This document shows positions 40,961-52,627 of a DNA stretch of 64,000 nucleotides, piece after piece. The first letter of the stretch is position 1. Each line of letters starts with the position of its first letter. The notes under the pieces were generated by a model. That model saw nothing but the letters and a program-made list of their open reading frames with translations, was not told where the DNA came from and searched no databases. Made by a program: the position numbers and the translations under genes. Origin of the DNA: Candidatus Cloacimonadota bacterium (GTDB lineage Bacteria > Cloacimonadota > Cloacimonadia > Cloacimonadales > GCA-2742885); contig PDOO01000026.1 of NCBI GenBank assembly GCA_002742885.1, positions 4,969 to 68,968 of the forward strand, written 5' to 3'.

Positions 40961-41950
40961 ATGATAAACGCAGGTATAGTCGGCGTAGGACAATTCGGTC
41001 AAAACCATGCAAGAATTTTAAGCGAGAGCAAATTATGTAATTTTGTCGGACTTTACGATAAGAATAAAAAAAGAGCCAAAGAAATAAGCGAAAGAATTAA
41101 TGCAAAAGCATTTCCTGATTTCGATTCTCTTTTGGAAGAATGCGATGCCTTGGTTATAGTGGTAACTACAATTTCACATTTCGAATTAGCAGAAAAAGCG
41201 TTAAATAAGGGTATCCATGTCTTTATAGAAAAACCTATTACGGAAACATTTGAACAAGCTGAAAAATTGGTGAAACTTGCTAAAGAAAAAAATCTTAAAA
41301 TACAAGTCGGTCATATAGAAAGATTTAATCCGGCAATAATGAAAATCGACGATCAAATAGAAAATCCGCTTTTCATAGAATGCCACAGAATAGCTCCTTT
41401 TACGCCTCGAGGAAGCGACGTGCCGGTGGTTCTGGAATTAATGATTCATGATATAGATTTAATTTTGGATTTCGTAAAAAGCGAAGTTACCGACATCAGA
41501 GCAAGCGGAGCCAGCGTGGCAACCAAAAGCATAGATATTGCCAACGCCAGAATCGAGTTTGCCAACGGAGCAACAGCCAATGTTGTTTCAAGTCGCATAT
41601 CAATGAAAAGAGAAAGAAAATTCAGATTTTTCCAAAAAGGTAAATATTTCTCGATAGATTTTAAAAACAAACAAGTCCGGATCATCTCTAAATCAAAACA
41701 ACTTTATAAAATTTTACCGAGTATAATGATCGGAAAAACCAATTTTGAAGAATCAAAAGATAAATTGGTCAATATTGTTGATATAGATGCCTCCGTTCAA
41801 GAAAAAGATGCTTTAACCATGGAACTGGAAGCTTTTATTGCTTCTGCCGAGAACAATATCGAACCTGTTGTTAACGGAGAAGCCGGCATGAGAGCTTTAA
41901 AAGTCGCTTTGGAAATAGTGGAGAAAATAAAACCCGGATCAATTAAATAA
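40961..41950 (+). CDS. Gfo/Idh/MocA oxidoreductase (GnnA-like UDP-GlcNAc 3-dehydrogenase candidate)
   Basis: GVGQFG, IEKP, GHIERFNPA, VVLELMIHDID; AGGAG RBS before ATG at 40961. Confidence 0.85.
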   Translation: MINAGIVGVGQFGQNHARILSESKLCNFVGLYDKNKKRAKEISERINAKAFPDFDSLLEECDALVIVVTTISHFELAEKALNKGIHVFIEKPITETFEQAEKLVKLAKEKNLKIQVGHIERFNPAIMKIDDQIENPLFIECHRIAPFTPRGSDVPVVLELMIHDIDLILDFVKSEVTDIRASGASVATKSIDIANARIEFANGATANVVSSRISMKRERKFRFFQKGKYFSIDFKNKQVRIISKSKQLYKILPSIMIGKTNFEESKDKLVNIVDIDASVQEKDALTMELEAFIASAENNIEPVVNGEAGMRALKVALEIVEKIKPGSIK

Positions 41951-42115
41951 ACACACAATATTAACACATTTTAAAAATCAAAAGCGTTACGGACGGAACA
42001 GTCGAAATTTATTATTCCGCTTATTGTACATAATTTCAAAATAAAGCTTGCTAAAATACTCGGGTTTTAAATAAATTATCCTTATTCTTATTAAAATTCG
42101 GCAAGAGAGGTTAAT

Positions 42116-42922
42116 ATGAGATTTGAAATTACTTATGAGACACAGGGTTTTATTGATATACCTTACAATTACAACTATTCCGTCCATTATTCGCTTTGTA
42201 ATTTGATGAAGAAATACCTTTCCGGTTTTCCGGATACGCATGACCATAATTGCCCTTTTTTCAAAAACGGGATTCTCCGATTTTTTACTTTTTCAAATCT
42301 GAAATTCAATAATTGCGATAGAAATGAATACGGATTTCATAACGTAAAAAGTATTTCATTGGTTTTCTCTTCCCCTCTTTCCGATCAGTTTTTTCCTGTT
42401 CTTGCAGAAATTTTTACTCAACATACCCTTATCCTTCATTTTGAGAAAAAACCTGTGCGTTTATATGCTGAAAATATTATACATCTGGAAAGCATAGATA
42501 TTACCGGAGAAGAAAAATTCACGACTCTTTCTCCTGTGGTTGTCTGCGGAAAAGGTTATTCTCCGGATTCTCTGAATTGCCATTACCTTGATTATACCAA
42601 AGAAAAAGAAAAGGAGTTTTATGTACAACAATTGCATCAAAATCTGCTTTTTAAGCATAATCTTTTGTATAATTTCGAATTTGACGAACCTCATGAATTT
42701 GAATTTGAATTCGATACGGAATACATTAAACGAAGATCCGGCAATATTCGCAAAAACATAAGCTACAGACTTATTCCGGAAAAAGAGAATTACACTCATA
42801 TTATAGGAATGGAAGCGCCTTTCACGATAAAAACTCATCCGAAACTGATAAAGATAGGCTATCAATGCGGTTTCGGAGAGCATAACAATTCCGGATTCGG
42901 TCTGGTAAAACCGGCTCGTTAA
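42116..42922 (+). CDS. cas6: CRISPR-associated endoribonuclease Cas6, stand-alone
   Basis: IPYNYNY, HD, FFTFS, FTTLSPVVV, and C-terminal G-rich loop GYQCGFGEHNNSGFG (GhGxxxxxGhG). Confidence 0.85.
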   Translation: MRFEITYETQGFIDIPYNYNYSVHYSLCNLMKKYLSGFPDTHDHNCPFFKNGILRFFTFSNLKFNNCDRNEYGFHNVKSISLVFSSPLSDQFFPVLAEIFTQHTLILHFEKKPVRLYAENIIHLESIDITGEEKFTTLSPVVVCGKGYSPDSLNCHYLDYTKEKEKEFYVQQLHQNLLFKHNLLYNFEFDEPHEFEFEFDTEYIKRRSGNIRKNISYRLIPEKENYTHIIGMEAPFTIKTHPKLIKIGYQCGFGEHNNSGFGLVKPAR

Positions 42923-42963
42923 GATTGAACCGGGACAGACAGTCGGTAAAATTAAAATTTTTA

Positions 42964-43016
42964 TTGACATTATTTCTCCGTTCAATCTTTTAGCAGACAA
43001 ATACATGGAGTGCTAA
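42964..43016 (+). promoter_or_regulatory. groEL promoter (-35 TTGACA) with CIRCE / HrcA operator
   Basis: TTAGCAGAC-N9-GAGTGCTAA at 42990-43016 against consensus TTAGCACTC-N9-GAGTGCTAA; TTGACA at 42964. Confidence 0.85.
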
Positions 43017-43040
43017 TAAAAAAATATTAAAATAAATTAA

Positions 43041-44690
<1,650 letters not shown>

Positions 44691-44736
44691 AAATATAAAA
44701 ATATGCCCTCGAATTTGAAGAGCATATAAAAAACTT

Positions 44737-44769
44737 AAAGCGCGGCAATTAATTCTGTCGCGCTTTTTT
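44737..44769 (+). terminator. Intrinsic terminator after groEL
   Basis: AAAGCGCGGCA...TGTCGCGCTTTTTT. Confidence 0.75.
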
Positions 44770-44899
44770 ATTCCCTCGTTTTGTTCATTGCAATCCTCAT
44801 CAGATTTTTGAAAAAATCATAAATGATTGTTCTCAAAGCGTAATTTCGCCGAACATTTATAAAATTTTTGAACATCTTGATTTGTCTCCCAAATTAATT

Positions 44900-46055
44900 T
44901 CAATCTGCTTTTCCACAACCGTTATCCGTATTTTCAAAATGTTCTGTTTTAAGCGCAGGGGCCCCAAAAAGATGATACTGCCATATCATTTTAGCTCGTT
45001 GAGCATCAGTTACCGCAGGGCAGTAATTATTAACAGTTTCAAAATTTGTTTTGTTTTTTAAAGCGCGAATTACAACATTACCCAACCTGCTGTTTGATTT
45101 TTTTAGCAAACATTTCAGTTACAATACCTTTAGCCAATAAATTCATACCTTTGCCGGAAGTGTTATAAGAGCCTAAAAATGCAACTGACCCATACTCCGA
45201 TAAAACCATTTCTCCAGCAAAACAACTGTTTATATGACCGTCAATGTTTTCCCTGAAAGAACCGATCAAACAACTAAAGGAGAAGATAAAAAGATAAATT
45301 ATATTATTCAACTTAATTAAATCTTTACAGTCCATTCCGAATTTCCACTTATGCATCTGTCCGTGTTCGCGATATATTAGAGATTTAACTCCGCTATTTA
45401 TAGTTTCAATATTTGTTTCACTGTCATTTGGAGTATCATCATTGGCGGTTGCCAGCGTAAAGATGTAACCGTTTGGTTTAAAATATTTATTATTCATTTC
45501 AGTCAGCAACTATTCATTAAATTCTACAGGTCAAGGCGGAAGCTGTCTGTCAGAACCGGCATGACCGTAAAATTTATCGGGATATGAAGATATGTTATTT
45601 TCAGAATAGATGGTTTTAGTTATAATGTTTTTAAGTTCAATCTCATTCTTAACTAAAAACAGACCAAGCGGAATATCAAGAGAAGGAATATCGGACAAAG
45701 ACGAAGCGACATAGCAGTTATAACTTTCAATTTCTTAATTGTTATGCGGTACTTTAAGAGTAGGAAAATCACCGTATTTTCCGATGAGTAACACATATTG
45801 GGGCATAATTTCTCTAATATAATTTCTATAACTGTCTTTATCCTCTCCAATATCATTTGGAGATACAACTTTAACATTAAAATCTTTTTCACGAAAATTT
45901 TTAAACTCTGTTAAATAATTACTGCCTGTGTAATCGTCAGAAACAATTATTAAATACAGCTCTTTGGTTTCTAAATTGTCTGAATTAACAGCTTCCTGAC
46001 AACCGACCGCTAAAAATGAAAAAACAAAGCAAACAATCATAATATAATATTTCAT
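44900..46055 (-). pseudogene. Peptidase C25 (gingipain-like) pseudogene
   Basis: YLIIV, YVLLIG, HG (YREHG), FSC, YHLFG.PAL. In-frame stops at 45735 (TAA), 45531 (TGA), 45510 (TAG), plus a frameshift near 45100. Confidence 0.8.
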
Positions 46056-46090
46056 TCTAATCTCCTCTTTTTATTATCTGTTGACATAAG

Positions 46091-46122
46091 AAAAAAACCG
46101 GCTTCGGAAAATCGAAACCGGC
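46091..46122 (-). terminator. Intrinsic terminator after pruA
   Basis: Minus strand CCGGTTTCG-ATTTTC-CGAAGCCGG plus T7. Confidence 0.7.
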
Positions 46123-46143
46123 ATATTAAAGAAAAAATCTTAT

Positions 46144-47778
46144 TTATTCTTTTTCAAGAAACGGATAGCGATAATCGTAAGGCGGCATAAAAGTTTCTTT
46201 TATCGTTCTCACGGAAACCCATCTTTGAAGATTTATCATAGAACCTGCTTTATCGTTTGTTCCGGATCCTCTGGCTCCTCCGAACGGCTGTTGACCGACA
46301 ACGGCGCCGGTAGGCTTATCATTGATATAGAAATTGCCTGCCGCTTGTCTGAGAGCATTAACCGCTGTTGCCACTGCTTTGCGGTCATTGGCAAAAACCG
46401 CTCCGGTTAAAGCGTAAACGGATGTTTGATCACAAAGTTCAAGAGTTTCTTCGTATTTTTCGTCTTCATAAACATAAACGGTAATAATAGGTCCGAAAAT
46501 TTCTTCCTGCATTGATTTATATTTCGGATCAGTCGTAACGATAACGGTCGGATTAACAAAATATCCGATTGAATCATCGCATTCTCCTCCGACAATAATT
46601 TCTGCATCAGCAGATTTTTGCGCATGTTCGATATAAGATTTGCAATTATCAAAACTTGCTTTGTCTATAACCGCATTAAAGAAATTACCGAAGTCAACGG
46701 TTGAACCGACAGTAATCGTTTTTATTTCTTCAATCAATTTATCTTTGATATTATTCCAGATTGTTTTAGGAATATAGGCTCTGGAAGCAGCCGAGCATTT
46801 TTGTCCCTGATACTCAAAAGCTCCTCTGATAATGGCGGGAATCAAAGCTTTTTCGTCTGCCGATTTATGTACGAAAATAAAATCTTTTCCGCCGGTTTCG
46901 CCTACTATTCTCGGATAAGTTTTATATTTGTCCATATTTTCGCCTATAGTCTTCCACATGCCGTTAAATACTTTGGTAGAACCTGTAAAATGCAAACCGG
47001 CAAAATGTTCGGATGCTAAAACCGGATCTCCTACTTGAGAGCCTGAACCGGGGATAAAGTTGATAACACCGTCCGGAAGACCGGCTTCCTGAAGAATTTT
47101 CATAAAATAATAATTGGCAAGCACTGCCGTTGAAGCAGGTTTCCAAAGAACAACATTACCCATCATGGCAGGAGATGTAGGAAGATTACCGCCGATTGCC
47201 GTAAAGTTAAAAGGTGTTACGGCAAAAACAAATCCTTCCAGGTTTCTGTGTTCAACCATATTCCACATTCCGGTCGGCGAATACATAGGTTGTTCTGTAT
47301 AAATTTGCTGCATATAATAAGAATTGAAACGCAAGAAATCTATTAATTCGCAAGCTGAATCAATTTCCGCCTGAAAAGGGCTTTTGCTTTGATTAAGCAT
47401 TGTGGCGGCATTCAAAAGATAACGATATTTTTTGGATAATAATTCAGCAGCTTTCAAAAATATTCCTGCTCTCATTTCGTAAGGCATGGCAGCCCATTCT
47501 TTTTGAGCTTTCATGGCAGCTTCAATGGCTGCTTTTACTTCTTTTTCGCCTGCTTTGTGATAAATTGCCAAAACGTTTTTGTGATTATGGGGTTCGATAC
47601 ATTTTCCTGTATTGCCCGTTTTTACTTCTTTTCCGCCGATGATCAAAGGAATTTCAATTTGTTCGTTTTTCATTTTATCGACGGCTTTTCTGAGTTCAGC
47701 TCTTTCAATTGTTCCGGGAGCGTAAGATTTAATCGGTTCATTAACCGGCTTGGGGATTCGAGAAACAATGTTTTGCAT
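46144..47778 (-). CDS. pruA: Delta-1-pyrroline-5-carboxylate (glutamate semialdehyde) dehydrogenase
   Basis: AEIDSACELIDF, PFNFTAI, GETGGKDF, FEYQGQKCSA, EEIFGP, NDKPTGAVVGQQPFGG. Confidence 0.95.
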   Translation of the reverse strand: MQNIVSRIPKPVNEPIKSYAPGTIERAELRKAVDKMKNEQIEIPLIIGGKEVKTGNTGKCIEPHNHKNVLAIYHKAGEKEVKAAIEAAMKAQKEWAAMPYEMRAGIFLKAAELLSKKYRYLLNAATMLNQSKSPFQAEIDSACELIDFLRFNSYYMQQIYTEQPMYSPTGMWNMVEHRNLEGFVFAVTPFNFTAIGGNLPTSPAMMGNVVLWKPASTAVLANYYFMKILQEAGLPDGVINFIPGSGSQVGDPVLASEHFAGLHFTGSTKVFNGMWKTIGENMDKYKTYPRIVGETGGKDFIFVHKSADEKALIPAIIRGAFEYQGQKCSAASRAYIPKTIWNNIKDKLIEEIKTITVGSTVDFGNFFNAVIDKASFDNCKSYIEHAQKSADAEIIVGGECDDSIGYFVNPTVIVTTDPKYKSMQEEIFGPIITVYVYEDEKYEETLELCDQTSVYALTGAVFANDRKAVATAVNALRQAAGNFYINDKPTGAVVGQQPFGGARGSGTNDKAGSMINLQRWVSVRTIKETFMPPYDYRYPFLEKE

Positions 47779-47923
47779 ATTCTCTCCTTATATTTTTTGA
47801 TTTGTGACTTGCTTTTATTTCTGAATGATTTTCTTCTTAAAAAGATAAGCTTAATAAAGTCAAGAAATAATTAATGAATTTATTTCGGATTCGGATTTTA
47901 AAAAGCGGAATCCCGTTTTCCGA

Positions 47924-48865
47924 TTAAAATAAGTCAAATAAATCAGGCTGTTCCGAATTATCATTTGAGGATAATTGCTTTTCTTCCCTCAGATCGGGAA
48001 TAAAGTCAACGGAATCGGGAATTTCAGGTATATCGTAATCTTTTTCCGAAACAAACCCGGGATACATGTAAAAATTCAGGGTATATTCCAAATCTTTATT
48101 CAAAGTTGCCATTTTATTCAACATCCAATCAATATAATTTCTGTCATCTCTGATAACGTCTTCAACTCTTCTGTCTTTGTATTTTCCGAATCTGAAATGA
48201 GAAATTAATTGCGGAACCTGACTTATAACATACAAAAGATCATCTGCAGGCAACTTTTTCAAGACTTCAACAGATAAACCGGAAGCCTGCATTTCTCTGC
48301 GAAGATTCGGTACAGCATCAACTCTTTCATAAAGATCGGGAATGTTTTTGATATGAAGGAAAAGCAAATATAAAACCAAAATATCGCCTACGGCATCATG
48401 AGCGGCAATTTCTTTTATGCCCAAAGATTCAGCCAATTCTCTTTCTTTGCGGTATATGCCCAAAGCGTAACGCGCATATTGTTCGGCATGACTTTCCAAT
48501 TCTTTGAACAAATGTCGCATCAAAATGAGGGTATCAATCACTTTCATTTTGTTTTTAAAACCCTCTTTGGCAAGCATTTTCAAATCAAATTCCGAATTTT
48601 GAATTACAATATAATTTTCCGGATCATTTAATTCTTCCAATTTTTTATAAGCATCAGTTTTAATTAATTGAGGTTTGCCTTCCAGCATTTCAGGGGTAAT
48701 ATGATGAGTCGCCATAGCATGAAAATTTATTTTCTGCTCCGGACAAGCAAGCTGTTCAGTCAGTTCAATGTGTCCCGATTCGTCAACCGTTAAATAAGCC
48801 AGCTGAATAATCCTGTCTGCTTCAGCTACGCCGGTTGTTTCGGTATCTAAGATTATATATTTCAT
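47924..48865 (-). CDS. DEDDh 3'-5' exonuclease (exonuclease X-like)
   Basis: LDTETTG, QNSEFD, AHDAVGD; C-terminal FRFGKYK...YIDW motif. Confidence 0.85.
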   Translation of the reverse strand: MKYIILDTETTGVAEADRIIQLAYLTVDESGHIELTEQLACPEQKINFHAMATHHITPEMLEGKPQLIKTDAYKKLEELNDPENYIVIQNSEFDLKMLAKEGFKNKMKVIDTLILMRHLFKELESHAEQYARYALGIYRKERELAESLGIKEIAAHDAVGDILVLYLLFLHIKNIPDLYERVDAVPNLRREMQASGLSVEVLKKLPADDLLYVISQVPQLISHFRFGKYKDRRVEDVIRDDRNYIDWMLNKMATLNKDLEYTLNFYMYPGFVSEKDYDIPEIPDSVDFIPDLREEKQLSSNDNSEQPDLFDLF

Positions 48866-49078
48866 TTAACTCCGCCGTTTTTATTTTTTTTTTGCAAGTC
48901 CTGTTAAGACCTGTCTATTTAAAATTTTATTCAGGAAAGTAACGTCAAGATATAGTTTGAATATTTTCTTAATCAGACTAAACATAAAAGACGGCAAGAT
49001 AAATAAAGAAAAATGCTATTTCATGACGAAGATAAAATCATCTTGCAAATTGATCAGGAATTGATTCCGTTTCTTGTC

Positions 49079-50089
49079 TTAGAAAAAACTTACCGGTTTA
49101 TTTTTAAAACATCCCGTCTCATATATTTCTTTTATAATTGCTTTTACAACATTTACGGCAACGCTGTTCCCGAATTGTTTATAGCTTTGTGTCAGGAACG
49201 GATTTATTTTGAATGTATCCGGAAATCCTTGAACTCGCGCGCATTCTCTCGGACTGAGTTTTCTTACTTTCCCTTTTATATGGTATAATCCCGTTTTGGC
49301 TCCCGCTCCTCCCCCGTAAGCAGAAAGCGTTATTGCATGTCCGTAAGGACTGTAAATGCGCTCGCCCTGACCGCCTTTATTGACATACCCTATTTGCACG
49401 GGTTTATCAGGTAAATCAATTTCTCCCGACAGGTTTATTTCAGGTTCAAATTTTTTGGTAAAAAATATATCGGGACGATCAATTATTTTAGCATTTTCAG
49501 GCTCGTCTTCAAGAATATCAAACAAACTTGTTTTTTGGGTACTCGGTTTCGGAAAAACAAATTTTTTCATGATTAAATCGTTTCTGAAACAAACAATAAA
49601 TACTCGTTCTCTGTTTTGAGGCAACCCGTAATTACTTGCGTTCAGAACTTTAAAATAAACATTGTATTGCAAATTTTCTAAAGTATAAACAATAGTTTCT
49701 AATGTTTTTCCTCTGTCATGTTTTACAAAATTACGAACGTTTTCAAGAATCATAACCTTAGGATTATGATATTCGGCAATGCGAGCAATATCAAAAAATA
49801 AAGATCCTCTCGTATCTTCAAATCCTCTTTGTTTTCCGGAAACAGAAAACGCTTGGCACGGAAATCCTCCGCATAACACATCATGCTCGGGGATATTTTC
49901 TTCTTTAATTTCAGTAATATCTCCTTCCGGGTTTATTCCGTAATTTTCATAATATGTCTTTTGAGCTTCTTTATCCCATTCAGAAGCAAAAACACATTCA
50001 GCATTAAAACTGTCCATTGCCTGATGAAAACCGCCTATACCGGCAAATAAATCAATATATCTTATTTTTTCAAACATCTTAAATTTCAA
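49079..50089 (-). CDS. DNA (cytosine-5) methyltransferase, M.HhaI-like
   Basis: DLFAGIGG, GFPCQ, ENV, PQNRER, QFGNSV; target-recognition region KGGQGERIYS..G.AITLSAYGGG..AKTG. Start may be 50077. Confidence 0.93.
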   Translation of the reverse strand: MKFKMFEKIRYIDLFAGIGGFHQAMDSFNAECVFASEWDKEAQKTYYENYGINPEGDITEIKEENIPEHDVLCGGFPCQAFSVSGKQRGFEDTRGSLFFDIARIAEYHNPKVMILENVRNFVKHDRGKTLETIVYTLENLQYNVYFKVLNASNYGLPQNRERVFIVCFRNDLIMKKFVFPKPSTQKTSLFDILEDEPENAKIIDRPDIFFTKKFEPEINLSGEIDLPDKPVQIGYVNKGGQGERIYSPYGHAITLSAYGGGAGAKTGLYHIKGKVRKLSPRECARVQGFPDTFKINPFLTQSYKQFGNSVAVNVVKAIIKEIYETGCFKNKPVSFF

Positions 50090-50277
50090 ATAAATATGAC
50101 TTATTAAATTTAAATTGACGTATCGTCGAACACTTTGTTATGATTTTTATTTGCATGGTAACCTTTCCTGTTTTAATCTTCTGCTTGGAGCAATTTTTAC
50201 TTCATTTATATATATATTTTTTAATATTTAAATTTTTGTCAATTGTTTCAATGTTTTCTGTTTTGATATTTATGCTG

Positions 50278-50299
50278 AAAAAAAGCCCCTTTCGGGGCA
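50278..50299 (-). terminator. Intrinsic terminator after hydF
   Basis: GCCCC-GAAA-GGGGC plus T7; identical to the pyrG terminator. Confidence 0.75.
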
Positions 50300-50309
50300 T
50301 TGAAAAAAA

Positions 50310-51545
50310 TTATATTTCAAAGTAATTCGTAACTTCTTCTGCTTTTTTCCCTCGAAAAGGAACCAAAGCTCTGTCCAGAACTCCCTGCAATTTAGAAATG
50401 GCGACACCGTAATTGGTTATTACGGTTCCTTTCCGTTCGGCTTCGGAAATTCTTCGGTTCATTTCCATGTTGTTCAACATGCAGGCGCCGCAATGCAGAA
50501 TTAATTTATATTGCGTTAAATCATCCGGAAAATCATGACCTACGCAAACATCGTAAACCAATTTCTTTCCGGTATATTGAGTCAGCCAACGCGGAATTTT
50601 AACTCGTCCTATATCGTCGCATTGCACGCTGTGCGAGCAAGTTTCGGCTATCAAGACCTTATCTCCGTCTTCCAGATTATCGATTTGTTCGGCTCCTTTT
50701 ATTAACTTATCCAAATCGCCTTTGTATCGGGCAAATAAAATTGAAAAGGTGGTAAGCATAATGTCGTCCGGCACGTCTCCGGCAACTTTCAGGACAACCT
50801 GAGAATCCGTAACAACCAATTTTGGAGGGGTTGACAAGTTTCTCAAAGCTGCTTCAATTTCTCGCTCTTTCACGATTATACCAATGGCATCGTTATCCAA
50901 AATTTCACGCAACACCTGAACCTGAGGCAAGATCAAACGTCCTTTCGGGGCAGCGAGATCAATGGGAGCAATCAGTAAAACGGTATCTCCCGGATTTATC
51001 AAATCGCCGACCAAAACTTTTTCATCCATAAGTTTTGACGGAGCCAAATTTATTATTGCGTCTTTCAACTCCGCAATGCCTGTTTTTTCTTCAGCTGAAG
51101 TCTTAACCCAGCTGATCTGAATATGATCCAATAAAGCGGTATCTTTCTTTTCCGGTTCGATAATTTCCGATTTATTGAAAACAACAAGATAAGGAATTTT
51201 TAATTCCCGCAAACGTTTCATCAAATAATGATCATCATCCGAAAGTTTACCGTCTCCCACCGTCAAAACGGCAATATGAGAACGAAGCAAAACTTTATTG
51301 GTTTTGGCAATTCGCTTTTCTCCAAGTTCTCCGACATCGTCAATTCCGGCTGTATCGTATAAGGTTACGGGACCCAAAGGCAACAATTCGTAAGATTTGG
51401 CAACCGGATCAGTGGTTGTCCCGGCATAATCAGAGACAATCGCCAAATCCTGATCGGTCAAAGCATTTATCAATGATGATTTACCGGCATTTCTTCTGCC
51501 GACAACAGTAATTATAAGACGTTCTCCTCTGGGAGCTTTAGCCAT
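50310..51545 (-). CDS. hydF: [FeFe]-hydrogenase maturation GTPase
   Basis: GRRNAGKSS, GTTTDPV, DTAG, APKGRLILPQVQ, CSH, HCGAC, TNYG. Confidence 0.97.
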   Translation of the reverse strand: MAKAPRGERLIITVVGRRNAGKSSLINALTDQDLAIVSDYAGTTTDPVAKSYELLPLGPVTLYDTAGIDDVGELGEKRIAKTNKVLLRSHIAVLTVGDGKLSDDDHYLMKRLRELKIPYLVVFNKSEIIEPEKKDTALLDHIQISWVKTSAEEKTGIAELKDAIINLAPSKLMDEKVLVGDLINPGDTVLLIAPIDLAAPKGRLILPQVQVLREILDNDAIGIIVKEREIEAALRNLSTPPKLVVTDSQVVLKVAGDVPDDIMLTTFSILFARYKGDLDKLIKGAEQIDNLEDGDKVLIAETCSHSVQCDDIGRVKIPRWLTQYTGKKLVYDVCVGHDFPDDLTQYKLILHCGACMLNNMEMNRRISEAERKGTVITNYGVAISKLQGVLDRALVPFRGKKAEEVTNYFEI

Positions 51546-52608
51546 TTTTACCTCCGCTTTTTTTCTTTCGGAAATGAGGAGAATCGCCCCACTCTCCGTA
51601 ACCGACTTCTTCTTTTACCGACTCAATGCTTTTCTGTAAATAATTTCGGCATTCCGAAGCATTTTCATCCACACACGGTTTATTGTCGTATAAAAGGTAT
51701 TGCTTTCTGTATTTCAAACCGGTAATTACAGGCATGACAATATTTGCTCCCGCTTGAAGTCCGAATTCTCTTCCGGTCGGGTTTAAAGCCTGCAAAGCGG
51801 TTGTGGCGGCGATATTTACGTCTTTAAGAACAAGTCTGGTAAGGGCAATCATTTTTAAGCCCATAGTCAATTGTTTTTCTTTATCAAAATTTTTTACTTT
51901 TTTTGCCAAAGGCGTTTCGTTATGCACCACATAAGGTCCCATTCCGATCATATCAACGTCGTTATTTTTGAAAAATAAAATATCCTTTGCCAAGTCTTCC
52001 GCCGTTTGTCCCGGTAAACCGATCATTACTCCGGTTCCTACTTGATAGCCTATTTCGCGCAGATACTCGATACAGGAAAAACGTTCGTTAAAATCATGGT
52101 CTTTCGGATGCAAAGACTGATATATAGCCGGATTGGAAGATTCTATTCTCAAAAGATAACGATGCGCCCCGGCATCATACCATCTTTGATAAGTTTCTCG
52201 TGATTGCTCTCCCAAAGAAATGGTAATTCCGAGTTCGTTATTTGACATTTTTTTTATCTTTTTGAGAACTCTTTCAATCAGAGAGACAAAAGCTTCGTCC
52301 CTTCGTTCTCCGCTTTGAATAACCATTGATCCGTAATTCTGTTTCCACGCCCATTCAGCCGATTCAACAATTTCGTCTTCCGACATCATAAAACGCTTTA
52401 CGTTGGAATTGCTTTTTCTTATTCCGCAATAATAACAGTCTTTTTCGCAGATATTGCTGAATTCAATTATTCCTCGGTAATAAACTTTATTTCCCACATT
52501 GGCTGTTTTGGTTTTATAAGCCTGTTTATACATTTCAGTTATCAAATTTTCGTCTTCTGTTTTCAATAATGAAATAATTTCTTTTTCGGAAAGATTATCC
52601 CAATTCAT
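51538..52608 (-). CDS. hydE: [FeFe]-hydrogenase maturation radical SAM protein
   Basis: RGIIEFSNICEKDCYYCG, RYLLRIE, GVMIGLPGQT, ATTAL, GANIVMP, Y.LYDNK. Confidence 0.95.
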   Translation of the reverse strand: MNWDNLSEKEIISLLKTEDENLITEMYKQAYKTKTANVGNKVYYRGIIEFSNICEKDCYYCGIRKSNSNVKRFMMSEDEIVESAEWAWKQNYGSMVIQSGERRDEAFVSLIERVLKKIKKMSNNELGITISLGEQSRETYQRWYDAGAHRYLLRIESSNPAIYQSLHPKDHDFNERFSCIEYLREIGYQVGTGVMIGLPGQTAEDLAKDILFFKNNDVDMIGMGPYVVHNETPLAKKVKNFDKEKQLTMGLKMIALTRLVLKDVNIAATTALQALNPTGREFGLQAGANIVMPVITGLKYRKQYLLYDNKPCVDENASECRNYLQKSIESVKEEVGYGEWGDSPHFRKKKSGGKNG

Positions 52609-52627
52609 AGTACCTCTGTAAAATTAC

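Noticed and set aside
45510-45737. Stop-codon recoding (Sec, Pyl or alternative code) in the C25 gene
   Set aside because: All three stop types plus a frameshift occur, and other genes use standard stops; decay is the simpler explanation.
49013-49288. Possible restriction endonuclease remnant converging on the methyltransferase
   Set aside because: Short, mostly antisense to the MTase, preceded by an in-frame stop, and with no nuclease motif.
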